Program-made: the position numbers and the translations under genes
Shown: in pieces, positions 50,356-60,781 of the stretch
Layout of the letters: each line of letters starts with the position of its first letter
Position numbering within the stretch: the first letter of the stretch is position 1
Assembly (NCBI GenBank): GCA_048938105.1
Contig: JBHLMN010000011.1
Span: forward strand, 64,001 to 128,000
From: Promethearchaeota archaeon
GTDB taxonomy: Archaea > Asgardarchaeota > Heimdallarchaeia > Hodarchaeales > Hodarchaeaceae
Direction of reading: 5' to 3'
DNA: 64,000 nt
Notes under the pieces: generated by a model
Databases searched by the model: none
Told to the model about the DNA's origin: nothing
The model's input: the letters and a program-made list of their open reading frames with translations, nothing else

Positions 50356-51052
50356 GCTGTCCTCAAGAGAAATTATCATAGAAATGGAAGGAATAAATCA
50401 GCGTTACAAGCTTCGAACGAACACAATAGATGCTCTTAGCGATATAAATATTAAAATTCACCTAAAAGAGTTTACAATGGTCATGGGACCAAGCGGAAGC
50501 GGCAAGAGTACCTTATTAAATACAATTGCAGGATTAGAAGCACCATAAGCAGGAACAGTCAAGATCTTGGGAGAGGATTTAAAGACACAAACTGATCACC
50601 AATTATGTGAAATTAGACGTCACAAATTAGGATTTATATTCCAATTTTTTAATCTACATCCAATTCTGAACGCGCAAGAAAACGTAGAACTTCCTATGTT
50701 AATCGCAAATGTCAAACGCTCTCTTCGTGAGAAAAGGGCCAAAGAATTACTTTCATTAGTCGGTTTGGAACATCGATTGCATCATCATCCACCTAAACTA
50801 TCGGGAGGTGAAAAACAACGTGTAGGTATTGCTCGTGCTTTAGCGAATGACCCCATGATTATATTAGCAGATGAACCTACTGGAGACATGGACTCAGTCA
50901 TAGGCCACGAGATAATGGCACTAATCTCTGAACTGAATCAACATCACAATAAGACAATAATATGTGTTACTCATGATGAAGAACTACTCAAACCAGGAAT
51001 GAGACTTATTCGTATGGATGACGGACGTATAATATCTGACACTTTCCTATGA
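50348..51052 (+). pseudogene. LolD-type ABC ATPase interrupted by an in-frame TAA at 50546-50548
   Basis: The two listed ORFs are in the same frame and read GLEAP*AGTVKILG; Walker A lies before the stop, signature and Walker B after it. Confidence 0.85.
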
Positions 51053-51115
51053 TAGGTCGACGGAAAGTTTGTTTTTGTTGAAATTTAAGGTAAATCATTC
51101 TTAGATCAAACTGAA

Positions 51116-51583
51116 TTATTCTATTATCTTCTCTACCAGAATAGCTTCTAAAATACAACCATGTCTTTCAATTTGGGTTTTGATAAGTGATCTAAAGCCA
51201 TTTTTTAAGTAAAATTTGATCGAATGAATGATAGAATTGACAACAAGAGAAGAATACCCTTTATAATAAGCCTCTTTCTCAATGAAATTCAAGATCGCAG
51301 AACTTACTCCTTTTTTTTGATATTCTGATTGAACATACATATGCCTGATTTCATTATCTTTCAATGTCCCCATGCCAACAATTTCATCATCAACTAATGC
51401 AACAACAATAATTCGATCCTTGGTGATTTTCTGGACATATTCTGCTGTTCGACTATTAGCAATCTGTGTCCTCACTTCGATAGGAAGATTAGTAGCGTGA
51501 TTACGAAAATGGTCCTGCATAAGAGAGCTACATTGTTGTGCATCTCCTGAATCATAATAGCGTAAGACTAGATTAGAAACCAT
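51116..51583 (-). CDS. GNAT acetyltransferase
   Basis: MYVQSEYQKKGV and FYLKNGF motifs. Confidence 0.88.
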   Translation of the reverse strand: MVSNLVLRYYDSGDAQQCSSLMQDHFRNHATNLPIEVRTQIANSRTAEYVQKITKDRIIVVALVDDEIVGMGTLKDNEIRHMYVQSEYQKKGVSSAILNFIEKEAYYKGYSSLVVNSIIHSIKFYLKNGFRSLIKTQIERHGCILEAILVEKIIE

Positions 51584-51623
51584 GAAGATACGGCCCTAAT
51601 AGTTCTTTAAAACTTCAACAAAT

Positions 51624-52010
51624 TCATAACCCAAAAAATGTCTCAAGAATGGTAGGTTTTTCAGATCTTAAAATTGTCCATTTCTTTTCGCGATTTCGCG
51701 ATATTAATCCGACATCTTCCAATATGGTTAGGTGATGAGAAACTGTTGCTTGAGCAAGACCAGTAATAAATTCGAGTTCGCATGGACAAGAAGCACCTCT
51801 ATCTATTGCAACTAGGATCTCAAGTCTAGTGGGATGGCTTAATGCTTTCACTAGTTTTCTTCCAATTTTGAATTCTTCTTCTTTCTTAAGGGAAGCAACT
51901 ATCTCTTTAATCTGTTTTAACCTATCGATTCTGTCTGAAACTGACTCCCATTCAACCAATTTCAACTCGCGAAGTTCAGTGAGTTTCCTTTTGAGTTCTG
52001 AATCTCCCAT
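51624..52010 (-). CDS. arsR: ArsR-family repressor (arsenic-sensing type)
   Basis: ALSHPTRLEIL, SCPCEL, and ATVSHHL motifs; divergent from the ars genes. Confidence 0.85.
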   Translation of the reverse strand: MGDSELKRKLTELRELKLVEWESVSDRIDRLKQIKEIVASLKKEEEFKIGRKLVKALSHPTRLEILVAIDRGASCPCELEFITGLAQATVSHHLTILEDVGLISRNREKKWTILRSEKPTILETFFGL

Positions 52011-52093
52011 TATAAAATCTCCGAGTATTTATGCAATAATCTCATGTATTCTCTTTTGTTTCAAGTTTTTTTCATTACAGACTTAATGTAACG

Positions 52094-52121
52094 ATATATT
52101 TAAAAATTTCGATATATCGAA
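52094..52121. promoter_or_regulatory. Putative ArsR operator/promoter of the ars operon
   Basis: ATATAT-TTAAAAATTTCG-ATATAT, plus a perfect 14-bp palindrome TTCGATATATCGAA (52108-52121). Confidence 0.6.
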
Positions 52122-52158
52122 CTATAGTAGACACTTCATTTTAAATGAAGCCAGAAAG

Positions 52159-53532
52159 ATGACAAATCTCTATGATATTTTTTTAGGGGCTTTAGAGAGT
52201 GCTGTTTTTACTCTCTTAGATTATCTTTCTCTTCATGTGTTATTATGTCTTGTTCCTGCATTTCTCATTGCAGGAGCTATGTCTTATTTTATACCTAAAG
52301 ATATGATCATACGTTACATGGGAAATGATGCTGACCCCAAGGTTGCATATCCAATGGCAACCGCTGCTGGATTCCTTCTTGCTGTGTGTAGCTGTACCGT
52401 TTTACCCCTGTTTGTGAGTATTTGGAAAAGAGGAGCTGGTTTAGGCCCTGCTATTACTTTTTTATTTGTAGCACCAGCTATTAATATTTTGGCTTTAACT
52501 TATACTGGTACACTTATCGGTCTTGACATTGCACTAGCTAGGGGGATTCTAGCGATTATTTTTGCCATATTAATAGGTGTGATCATGGCAAGAGCATTTG
52601 GAAATGAAACAGAACATTATACTAATTCATATAATACTGAAAAACAACTTGTTCAACATCAATTAGACAATTATTCCGAAGAGACATCAATGAATAAATT
52701 ATCTTTCCTTTTATTAGGGCTTTTTGGATTATGTTCAATATCACTGGCAATATTGGATAGCTATATGATTGAAAGTCTGAATGAATTATTTTTTTCTAAT
52801 ATTCCCTTAATTGAGAGTTTACTGCAAACTCCTGTTATAATTCAAACAATCATATTTCTCTCTGGACTATGTATTCTAATATTGATGACGTACCGTCAAA
52901 TCCTAAATGATAAATTACTTCTATTTCTATGGCTTTTATATATTTTAATGACAGGAACCTCTCAAATTCAATATTTTGAAGGAGAATATAGAATTTTCGG
53001 AGTTATATTAAATTCTAGTATTATTAACATGTTAGCTAAGGTCGTTCTTACTGTTTTCATTACCATCGGTATGGTAATATTCATTTTTAAGAGAATTGAG
53101 TCTGAGGACATCAGATTCTGGTTTAATGAGACTTGGTTCTTTGTTAAATCAATATTTCCTTTAATAATTATTGGTGTGACAGTAGCGGGTTTCTTGAAGT
53201 TTTTTATCCCGAATGATCTAGTCGTAGCACTAGTTGGCCAAAATACTGTCCTTGCAAATCTCATTGCAGTCTTATTCGGTGTATTTATGTACTTTCCAAC
53301 GTTAATGGAAGTTCCTATTGCAAAAATTTTCCTAGATCTTGGAATGGCTAAAGGACCATTGTTAGCTTACTTATTAGCAGATCCAGAATTATCTATTCAA
53401 AGTATATTAGTTACTCGAAAATTTTTAGGGGATAAAAGAAACACAGTATTTGTGGGACTTGTTACATTGTTTACACTCATGGCTGGATTAGTCTTTGGTT
53501 CTTTCCTTGGCCAAGGAATAAGTTTATGGTAA
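52159..53532 (+). CDS. ArsP/DUF318-family permease
   Basis: LAVCSCTVLPLF, GAGLGPA, APAIN and FMYFPTLMEVP motifs. Confidence 0.88.
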   Translation: MTNLYDIFLGALESAVFTLLDYLSLHVLLCLVPAFLIAGAMSYFIPKDMIIRYMGNDADPKVAYPMATAAGFLLAVCSCTVLPLFVSIWKRGAGLGPAITFLFVAPAINILALTYTGTLIGLDIALARGILAIIFAILIGVIMARAFGNETEHYTNSYNTEKQLVQHQLDNYSEETSMNKLSFLLLGLFGLCSISLAILDSYMIESLNELFFSNIPLIESLLQTPVIIQTIIFLSGLCILILMTYRQILNDKLLLFLWLLYILMTGTSQIQYFEGEYRIFGVILNSSIINMLAKVVLTVFITIGMVIFIFKRIESEDIRFWFNETWFFVKSIFPLIIIGVTVAGFLKFFIPNDLVVALVGQNTVLANLIAVLFGVFMYFPTLMEVPIAKIFLDLGMAKGPLLAYLLADPELSIQSILVTRKFLGDKRNTVFVGLVTLFTLMAGLVFGSFLGQGISLW

Positions 53533-53567
53533 CTTTAATTAGAGATAGAATAAATTAGGTGTAACAA

Positions 53568-54623
53568 TTGAACGAAACAAAGAGTTTAACAAAAGAAATG
53601 TCTTTTTTAGATAAATTTTTACCAATGTTTATTCTAGGTGCAATGGCAATTGGTTTGTTCATGAATCAATTAGTACCAAATATTCGAGATTTTTTTAGCA
53701 TTGTACAAGTAGAGACAGTTAGTTTACCTATTGCAATCGGATTACTTTGGATGATGTATCCAGTTCTAGCAAAAGTTCAATATGAAAAAATACCAGAGGC
53801 AATGAAAGACTATAAACTTTTTGGAACGTCAATATTTCAGAATTGGGCTCTGGGACCTATTTTTATGTTCGGAGTCGCTTGGATATTTTTATCAGACCTT
53901 CCAGGGTATCGCCAGGGTATCATTTTAGTAGGACTTGCTAGATGTATCGCCATGGTGCTTATTTGGAATATGCTTGCTGGCGGAGATTCTGAAAAGTGTG
54001 CCATTTTGGTCGCTCTCAATAGTGTCTTCCAGATTTTCTTTTATTCTATCTATGCCTGGATTTTTATTGGAATAACCAATTTAGACATTTTAGACATTGC
54101 TAGAAGCGTTTTCATCTTTTTGGGAATCCCACTCATTGCAGGATTTCTTACTAGAGAGGTTTTAAGACATAAAAAGGGTAATCAGTGGTATGATACTGTA
54201 TTTATTCCAAAGTTAAGCCCAACAGCAATCGTTGGACTGCTTTTTACGGTAATCGCAATGTTCTCAATGCAGGGGGAGAAGATCTTATCAAAACCATTTG
54301 ATATCTTGAGAATTGCAATACCTCTCTTAGTTTATTTCTTTGGGATGTTCTTAATTAGTTTTCTTTTTTCCAAATTTATGAAATTTAGATATTCAGAAAC
54401 AGTGACTTTATCATTCACTGCTGCTTCAAACAATTTCGAATTAGCTATCGCAGTGGCCATAGCAACATTTGGAATTGATTCCGACCAAGCATTGGCTACT
54501 GTAGTAGGACCTCTCGTTGAGGTACCAGTTCTATTACTATTGGTTTATCTCGCGCTTTGGTTAAAGAAATTCTTATTTGAAAATGAAACGAAAATTGGTA
54601 AAATGGAGATAGGAAGTCAATAA
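53568..54623 (+). CDS. acr3: ACR3 arsenite efflux transporter
   Basis: GLLWMMYPVLAKV, GLARCIAMV, AASNNFELAIAVA and VGPLVEVP motifs. Confidence 0.96.
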   Translation: MNETKSLTKEMSFLDKFLPMFILGAMAIGLFMNQLVPNIRDFFSIVQVETVSLPIAIGLLWMMYPVLAKVQYEKIPEAMKDYKLFGTSIFQNWALGPIFMFGVAWIFLSDLPGYRQGIILVGLARCIAMVLIWNMLAGGDSEKCAILVALNSVFQIFFYSIYAWIFIGITNLDILDIARSVFIFLGIPLIAGFLTREVLRHKKGNQWYDTVFIPKLSPTAIVGLLFTVIAMFSMQGEKILSKPFDILRIAIPLLVYFFGMFLISFLFSKFMKFRYSETVTLSFTAASNNFELAIAVAIATFGIDSDQALATVVGPLVEVPVLLLLVYLALWLKKFLFENETKIGKMEIGSQ

Positions 54624-54626
54624 ATA

Positions 54627-54872
54627 ATGTCAAAATTAATTGAAGTTTTTGGCCCGGGATGTGCCAAGTGTAAAGCCTTGAAAAAAAATGCAGAAGAAGC
54701 TCTAAAAATATTGGGTTGGGTTGATACAGAACTTCGGTATATCACAAATATTAAAGAATATGTTGAGAGAGGAATTTTGGCTACACCTGCATTAGCTATC
54801 AATGGAAATGTAGTACTCTCTGGTAAATATCTTCCTACCGATAAATTAGTAGAAATTCTTCAAGAATATTAA
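54627..54872 (+). CDS. Small thioredoxin-like protein (MTH895/redox-active disulfide protein 2 type)
   Basis: GPGCAKC and TPALAING motifs. Confidence 0.9.
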   Translation: MSKLIEVFGPGCAKCKALKKNAEEALKILGWVDTELRYITNIKEYVERGILATPALAINGNVVLSGKYLPTDKLVEILQEY

Positions 54873-54892
54873 AAAATAAGAGGATTCGCAAT

Positions 54893-55144
54893 ATGAATAA
54901 TGTACTCAAACCAAAAATTGAAGTTATATCTCCTACGGGAGAATGTAGTTGCTCTTTTTCTACTTGGATAAATAAAGTTTGGGATATACTAAATAAATAT
55001 CAAGATAAAATTGAGATTGTAAGCTTAATGTCAGATTCCCCCCGTGTGAAAGAACTTGGGGTTGGAAACAGATCTGTTGTTGTGAACGGGGAGGTTACTA
55101 CTGTATTTGAACTCAAACGAAAGCTGAATGAGCTATTACATTAA
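54893..55144 (+). CDS. Small thioredoxin-fold-like protein with CxC motif
   Basis: KIEVISPTGECSC..VVVNG; GAGG RBS; last gene of the ars operon. Confidence 0.7.
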   Translation: MNNVLKPKIEVISPTGECSCSFSTWINKVWDILNKYQDKIEIVSLMSDSPRVKELGVGNRSVVVNGEVTTVFELKRKLNELLH

Positions 55145-55461
55145 AAACAAATTAACAATGAAAAAGATAAAACTCACCTGAAAACACAATCAACTTTATT
55201 TTTGACCTTATTTATACAATTTTAGGAAAATTATGGAATAATACTAACTTTTTTTTTAAAATCGTTTACAGAGGGGAATATTGAATATATGAGAAAAGTA
55301 CATGACGATTTCCTACTTTTTTTTTGAATTGATACAAATCTTTCATAACAAAATAATCAGCTTTAAAAATTCTAAATTTTGAATCCAAGATAAGCTCATA
55401 AAAGCTATAAAATAGTTTTAAATATTTTAATAGCAACAGATAGTAAACAAAAAGATACGAG

Positions 55462-55713
55462 TTGAATGAAAAAGTGAGGAAATTTGCTTTTGGAGAACTA
55501 GCATACGCGATTGTCGTAGCAGCTGCATATGGGCTTATTATAGGTATATACATAACTACATACATTGACTTCTTTATTAGACTACCACTATATATTATCT
55601 TCTGGGTGCTATTCATATGTTTGCATCTTGCTGGAATATATCTATTAGTTAAACTTGAAAATCATCAAAAAAAAACTAATGAAGCAGCACCACGAAAGAC
55701 TGAACCTGAATAG
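55462..55713 (+). CDS. Small two-TM membrane protein
   Basis: Two hydrophobic helices and a charged tail. Confidence 0.6.
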   Translation: MNEKVRKFAFGELAYAIVVAAAYGLIIGIYITTYIDFFIRLPLYIIFWVLFICLHLAGIYLLVKLENHQKKTNEAAPRKTEPE

Positions 55714-55745
55714 ATTAACTGGAGCTCACACAAATAAGGTTGACT

Positions 55746-57971
55746 TTAAACTTTTGAAAGATCATCTTCAGACATTTTGGATACTAATTCCCAGATTTTT
55801 TCTAATTCTGATAGACATTCAGAAATATTGATTTTAAATTTATTAAGAAGTTGGGGTAATAAATCCCTAAGAATTTCTCTCATATGTACTAAAATCACAT
55901 TATTTTCTTTTTGTTTCTCTCTAAAATCTTTTAATCGCAATTTTACGCCGCGTTGTTCCTGTTCTAACCTATAAACATCTGGGAATCTCTCTTTTAAAAG
56001 ATTCAACATAGTATCTTGGATTTCTAGATGGAATTCTTCAAAAAAGTCTTTCAAGATCTCATTAAAATAAAGAATTCTTTGAGCGTTTAATCTAGTTTGC
56101 CTCTCTTTTTCCAACTCTTCTTGATGTTCTTTTTCTGCTATCCTCATTGCTTCAATTCGTGCTTGCTCCTTCTTTATCGCTAAGTCAATACGATCAGTTA
56201 CTGATTCATCTGTCAGTGTAACCCCAAATGACTCTTCTACTTTTCCTGATAACCGTAAGCTACCTAGTTCATTGAAATCTTCAGCTCCATGGAGAATAAA
56301 TTGTTCCAGCTTAGTTGCTCGTGCATCAATCATTGTTTTCACCCTTAGCTCAGTTAATAATTGATTGATTTTGCTAAAAACCTGTCTTTGTTTTAAAGAC
56401 TTAACCTGAAATTCCAATGACGCCTCATTTTGACAAATAAGACCTACAATTCGGGTTTCATCTGTGGAAAAAAAGACTGAAATATTTCTTCCTTCATGTT
56501 TTTGATGTTTATATAAAAATTCTACAGGATAAAAGCTAATTTCAAAATCTTGATTAGTTTGAAGCAATATTAAACGTAAAACATTCAAACAATGATCAGT
56601 GATGAGCTTAATATGATCTAATAACTGCTTTGTTTGATCTCTTGTAACCATGAATGATTTAATTCCCAAAGTATCCATTCTTTTAGAGCTAATCTCTTTT
56701 GGTGTATCTATTATCATTTCAACAATGTTTGCTTGGTTTATGTCTTGCTTAAGAAAGCCAATAGGAATCAGACCTTGCTCTCGAAGTTCATCTTTTATTT
56801 CAAGAAAATTATATTCTTCCTGTAAGTTGTGTATATACATCTCCATCCAAGCCGACAATAACATATCCATATGTTCGGTTTTAGTGTCAATCTGATCTTT
56901 CAAACGACTTGAAATCCCTCTAATATCGATACAACGCTGTTTAGAATATGAAATAATTGATTGTAAATTCACATTTTGTTCTGAGAGTAATAGATAATTC
57001 CAATTTCCTAGAGAATTTGAAAATCCATTGTTTGGAGAATTTTCTTCAAAATTATGAATATAGAAAAATCTCTCTTCTGGCCTCTGGCCTGGTACTCTTA
57101 TCTGGACATGAAACTTAGCAAAAAGCAATTGTTGAGGATTGCTAGTTCCACTTAACGTTTGTATCATATGTATAGAATTATTTAATTCTTGCTCTAATAC
57201 TTCGTTTTGAACAATTTTTTCATCATATGAAATGGGGGAGAATAGTTCTTTTGAGTCAATATCATAAAAAATAGAACAAGCAAATTCATTTGACCTTCGA
57301 CCAATATCACCAAAAGATTCTAATTCTTTTACGCCATCTTCAAATTTCTTTGCAAAGTAATCTTCTACAAACGGCTGAATAACAAAAAATCCAGCGTCAA
57401 AATAGAATTGAGGATCCATCTTGGTAATAGCGAATTTTTTAGTAATATCTGAGTAAAATTCTGAGGCGAATCCCTTATTTAAGGCACCAGCTAACTCAGC
57501 CATTGCCCATCGTAGATCCAAATTGGGTATTGCTTGTTTTAGAAAAGAAAATAAAGGTACTGCATAAATATCTACAAGATTGGTAGTAATGACTTTTTGA
57601 TTAACTAGTAAACGGGCATGCGTTACTAAATCTTTCTCTATCTTGACCGCCCAATCATAAAGAAGAGAATATATATGAACTAAAGATTCAAAATCCAGTG
57701 TCAAATGCTTTCTGGCAATAATAAGATTTTTAAGTACAACATGAACCCGTTCATCTTCCTCACCTCTATCTCTTGCTTCTTTATCTCTTTTTAATGTGTC
57801 CATCACGTAATTGGCTAGATAAAATGCTGAAACTGCCGTATCGACGTCTGTATTGTATGTATTTACTAAATCCTGTAACAATTCATCGTACATGACTTTA
57901 TATGTCCCAAAAATCTCTAGAACATTTCTTCTTCTTGCAAGTATTTCCTTAAGCTCATCAATCAAAGACAT
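55746..57971 (-). CDS. Large hypothetical protein with C-terminal coiled coil
   Basis: Long ORF; start placed at MSLIDE (GTG at 57998 is an alternative); no family motif recognised. Confidence 0.75.
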   Translation of the reverse strand: MSLIDELKEILARRRNVLEIFGTYKVMYDELLQDLVNTYNTDVDTAVSAFYLANYVMDTLKRDKEARDRGEEDERVHVVLKNLIIARKHLTLDFESLVHIYSLLYDWAVKIEKDLVTHARLLVNQKVITTNLVDIYAVPLFSFLKQAIPNLDLRWAMAELAGALNKGFASEFYSDITKKFAITKMDPQFYFDAGFFVIQPFVEDYFAKKFEDGVKELESFGDIGRRSNEFACSIFYDIDSKELFSPISYDEKIVQNEVLEQELNNSIHMIQTLSGTSNPQQLLFAKFHVQIRVPGQRPEERFFYIHNFEENSPNNGFSNSLGNWNYLLLSEQNVNLQSIISYSKQRCIDIRGISSRLKDQIDTKTEHMDMLLSAWMEMYIHNLQEEYNFLEIKDELREQGLIPIGFLKQDINQANIVEMIIDTPKEISSKRMDTLGIKSFMVTRDQTKQLLDHIKLITDHCLNVLRLILLQTNQDFEISFYPVEFLYKHQKHEGRNISVFFSTDETRIVGLICQNEASLEFQVKSLKQRQVFSKINQLLTELRVKTMIDARATKLEQFILHGAEDFNELGSLRLSGKVEESFGVTLTDESVTDRIDLAIKKEQARIEAMRIAEKEHQEELEKERQTRLNAQRILYFNEILKDFFEEFHLEIQDTMLNLLKERFPDVYRLEQEQRGVKLRLKDFREKQKENNVILVHMREILRDLLPQLLNKFKINISECLSELEKIWELVSKMSEDDLSKV

Positions 57972-58124
57972 TCCGTAGTCTACAGCCACCAAGATCACCT
58001 TAGTAAATTATCTGTATTAATCAGAAGATGCTAGTTAATATGTATTTGCTAAAATGATAAAGCATTTTACATCCCCCTCCTCCCTGTTTACGATAGTAGA
58101 GGTTACATATAATTTAGAGTCCTA

Positions 58125-60236
58125 TTATTTTAGAAGCCTAAGAGAATTTAATATTGTTAAAATTGTCACCCCTACATCACCAAACACTGCAGCCCACATA
58201 GTAGCAAGGCCCATTACTCCCAGTAAAATAAATAGTGCTTTGATTCCTAGTGCCATCACAATATTTTGTTTTGCTAATCTATTGGTTCTTCTAGAAATAT
58301 CGATTGCATCACTTAATTTTGAAGGATTATCTTCCATAATAACTAAGTCTGCTGCTTCAATAGTCGCATCTGAACCGATTCCCCCCATGGCAACACCAAT
58401 ATCAGCTCTTGCAATAACTGGTGCATCGTTTATCCCATCTCCAACAAAAACTACTGCTCCTGCTCCAGAGTTCTTATGAATAAAACTTTCTAATACTTCT
58501 AATTTATTTAAAGGCATCAAATTGGCATAAATTTCTCTTCGATCAATACCTAGCTCTCCTCCAACTCTCTCTGCTACACTTTTAGTGTCACCAGTTAATA
58601 AACCAATAGTTAATACGTTTTGCGACTTTAATTTCTCAATTGCTGTAAAAGAAGTATCTTTAATCTTATCATCAATGATAATATGGCCAATATATTCCCC
58701 ATTTTTTATTACATATACCACAGTTTCATCTCTAATACATTCTGAATGAGGACAATTCACTTTATGTGCTAATTTATCATTCCCTACAACAATTGAATCA
58801 TTCGATGTAGTCTTCATAATGACTCCTAAAGCAGCTAATTCCTCATACTCCTCAATTTGGGTTAAATCGACTTGCTTTCCATATGCTTCACGAATTGAAA
58901 CGGCAATAGGGTGTGTAGAATGTGCTTCAGCGAGGGCGGCATAGTTAAGGACATCATGAGGACTATAATCTGGAGTTGGGACAATTGTAACTACTTGAAA
59001 CTTACCTACGGTTAGTGTTCCTGTTTTATCCCACAGAACGGTCGATACATTATTTAATGAATCAATAATATTAGCCCCTTTAAGTAAGATTCCTTCTCGT
59101 GAGCTCTTGCCAATTCCAGAGAAAAAAACTAAGGGGATAGAGACTACTAAAGCACATGGGCAAGAAATGACTAAAATAACAAATGCCCTGTAGACCCAGA
59201 CATTAAAAACTTGGCCAAAGAAAATAGGGGGAATAACTGCTACTACTAGGGCTACTAAAAGAATTAGTGGGGTATAATAACGAGCAAATCGTGTGATAAA
59301 AAGCTCAGTTTTTGATTTATTTTTCGCTGCATTTTCAACAGCATTTAAGATTCTTGAAACGGTGCTATCAAAATAGGGGGATGTGACTTGAATGTGAATA
59401 CTATTACTTGTTATGGAACCAGATAAAACCTCATCACCGTCTTTCACGGTCACAGGACGAGATTCCCCAGTTAGAGTTGACATATCTAGATTTGTTTGCC
59501 CTTTAACGATTTTTCCGTCTAATGGTATTCGTTCTCCAGGTCTTACAAGAATAATATCACCTGGAGAAATTTCAGCAATGGGTACTGTAGTAATTTTGTC
59601 TGTTTTAACAAGATGAGCCTGATCTGGTCGGATATCCAGTAGAGAGCTAATTGATTTACGTGAATGATTGATAGCTTTTGTCTGAAGATATTCCCCGATT
59701 GTATAAAAAACCATTACTGCTACAGCTTCAGGAAGTTCTTGTATTAGAATGGCTCCAATCGTTGCCACAGCCATCAAAAAATATTCGTTTGTAAAATCAT
59801 GATTTTTCAACTGAAGAATAGCATTCCTGAGTACTTTCCATCCTGCGATAAAATATGCAGAGAATAATGACAAATTCCCTATAAAAATTAGAATTTCTGT
59901 CATTGAGGGATTGGTTAAAATAATTCCTAATACAAGAAGAATCAAGGAAATAACGATCTGAACAATAAATATCCAATCTTTTGTTTGTGATTTCTGGTCT
60001 AGACCTCTAATCAAGGGCATGGCAATAGCCCCTGGTTCAATTTTAGAAATAATTGCGTTTATCTTATCAACGTGAGAATCACATCCTTTTTCTCCACAAT
60101 TAACTGTAAGTACCCTTGTGGCGAAATTTAAGTGCACACTAGAAAAATCTTGATCTCTTAGAGTATTTTCAATCTTTAGTGCACAATTAGCGCAGCTTAG
60201 CCCTTTGATAGAGAATTCATGAATATTCTGACCCAC
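58125..60236 (-). CDS. cadA: P1B heavy-metal-translocating ATPase (CadA/ZntA type)
   Basis: GLSCANC HMA domain, TGES, SCPC, DKTGT, HP and GDGINDAP motifs. Confidence 0.93.
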   Translation of the reverse strand: MGQNIHEFSIKGLSCANCALKIENTLRDQDFSSVHLNFATRVLTVNCGEKGCDSHVDKINAIISKIEPGAIAMPLIRGLDQKSQTKDWIFIVQIVISLILLVLGIILTNPSMTEILIFIGNLSLFSAYFIAGWKVLRNAILQLKNHDFTNEYFLMAVATIGAILIQELPEAVAVMVFYTIGEYLQTKAINHSRKSISSLLDIRPDQAHLVKTDKITTVPIAEISPGDIILVRPGERIPLDGKIVKGQTNLDMSTLTGESRPVTVKDGDEVLSGSITSNSIHIQVTSPYFDSTVSRILNAVENAAKNKSKTELFITRFARYYTPLILLVALVVAVIPPIFFGQVFNVWVYRAFVILVISCPCALVVSIPLVFFSGIGKSSREGILLKGANIIDSLNNVSTVLWDKTGTLTVGKFQVVTIVPTPDYSPHDVLNYAALAEAHSTHPIAVSIREAYGKQVDLTQIEEYEELAALGVIMKTTSNDSIVVGNDKLAHKVNCPHSECIRDETVVYVIKNGEYIGHIIIDDKIKDTSFTAIEKLKSQNVLTIGLLTGDTKSVAERVGGELGIDRREIYANLMPLNKLEVLESFIHKNSGAGAVVFVGDGINDAPVIARADIGVAMGGIGSDATIEAADLVIMEDNPSKLSDAIDISRRTNRLAKQNIVMALGIKALFILLGVMGLATMWAAVFGDVGVTILTILNSLRLLK

Positions 60237-60249
60237 TTTTGTAATCCTC

Positions 60250-60612
60250 CTAAGTTGTAGGATGGTCTCGAAGGTGTTCTAATGCATTGGCTATAATCGG
60301 TTCTAAGTGCTCAATTTCGAGCGAATAATAATTTTCTTTTCCATCCCGGCGGTATTTGACAAAATTTCCCTCTCGGAGTTCCTTCAATTGATGAGAGACA
60401 GCTGAAGGGGACAAATCTAAGATCTCACATAGATCACACACACAGAGTTCAGTCTCAAATAAGGCTAGAAGAATTTTAATCCTTGTTTCTCCAGATATTA
60501 ATTTAAAAAATCTTGTCAATTGACCTAAGTTTGATTCATCGATCCTTTTACGGGCAATTTTTATCTGTTGTGGATGTATTTCGATCTTTTTACAAGGTTC
60601 TGCCATTACCAA
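60250..60612 (-). CDS. SmtB/CadC-type metalloregulator
   Basis: ELCVCDL, SAVSHQL, and C-terminal EH..EH alpha5 site. Confidence 0.92.
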   Translation of the reverse strand: MVMAEPCKKIEIHPQQIKIARKRIDESNLGQLTRFFKLISGETRIKILLALFETELCVCDLCEILDLSPSAVSHQLKELREGNFVKYRRDGKENYYSLEIEHLEPIIANALEHLRDHPTT

Positions 60613-60663
60613 TCGAACTCTATACGAAATAATTCATTTAAGAAATTGTTAACAATAGTTTAT

Positions 60664-60693
60664 AAAACATTTGAACAAATCCTCAAATGTTTT
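60664..60693. promoter_or_regulatory. SmtB/CadC-type operator
   Basis: Perfect inverted repeat AAAACATTTGA-N8-TCAAATGTTTT overlapping TTTATAAA. Confidence 0.8.
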
Positions 60694-60781
60694 GATGTCT
60701 TTAAAAACATTGAAACACTAAATCCAAGTGGAAAAGGAAAAACTAATAACAAACCTTGAAGAAAAAAAGGAGTAAATAAAT

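Noticed and set aside
50546-50548. Selenocysteine/pyrrolysine or stop-codon reassignment
   Set aside because: The codon is TAA, which is used as a normal stop throughout the window, and the site is a non-catalytic Ser/Thr position.
58054-58479. 141-aa + strand ORF and similar short antisense ORFs across the track
   Set aside because: These are antisense shadows of well-supported genes (here cadA).
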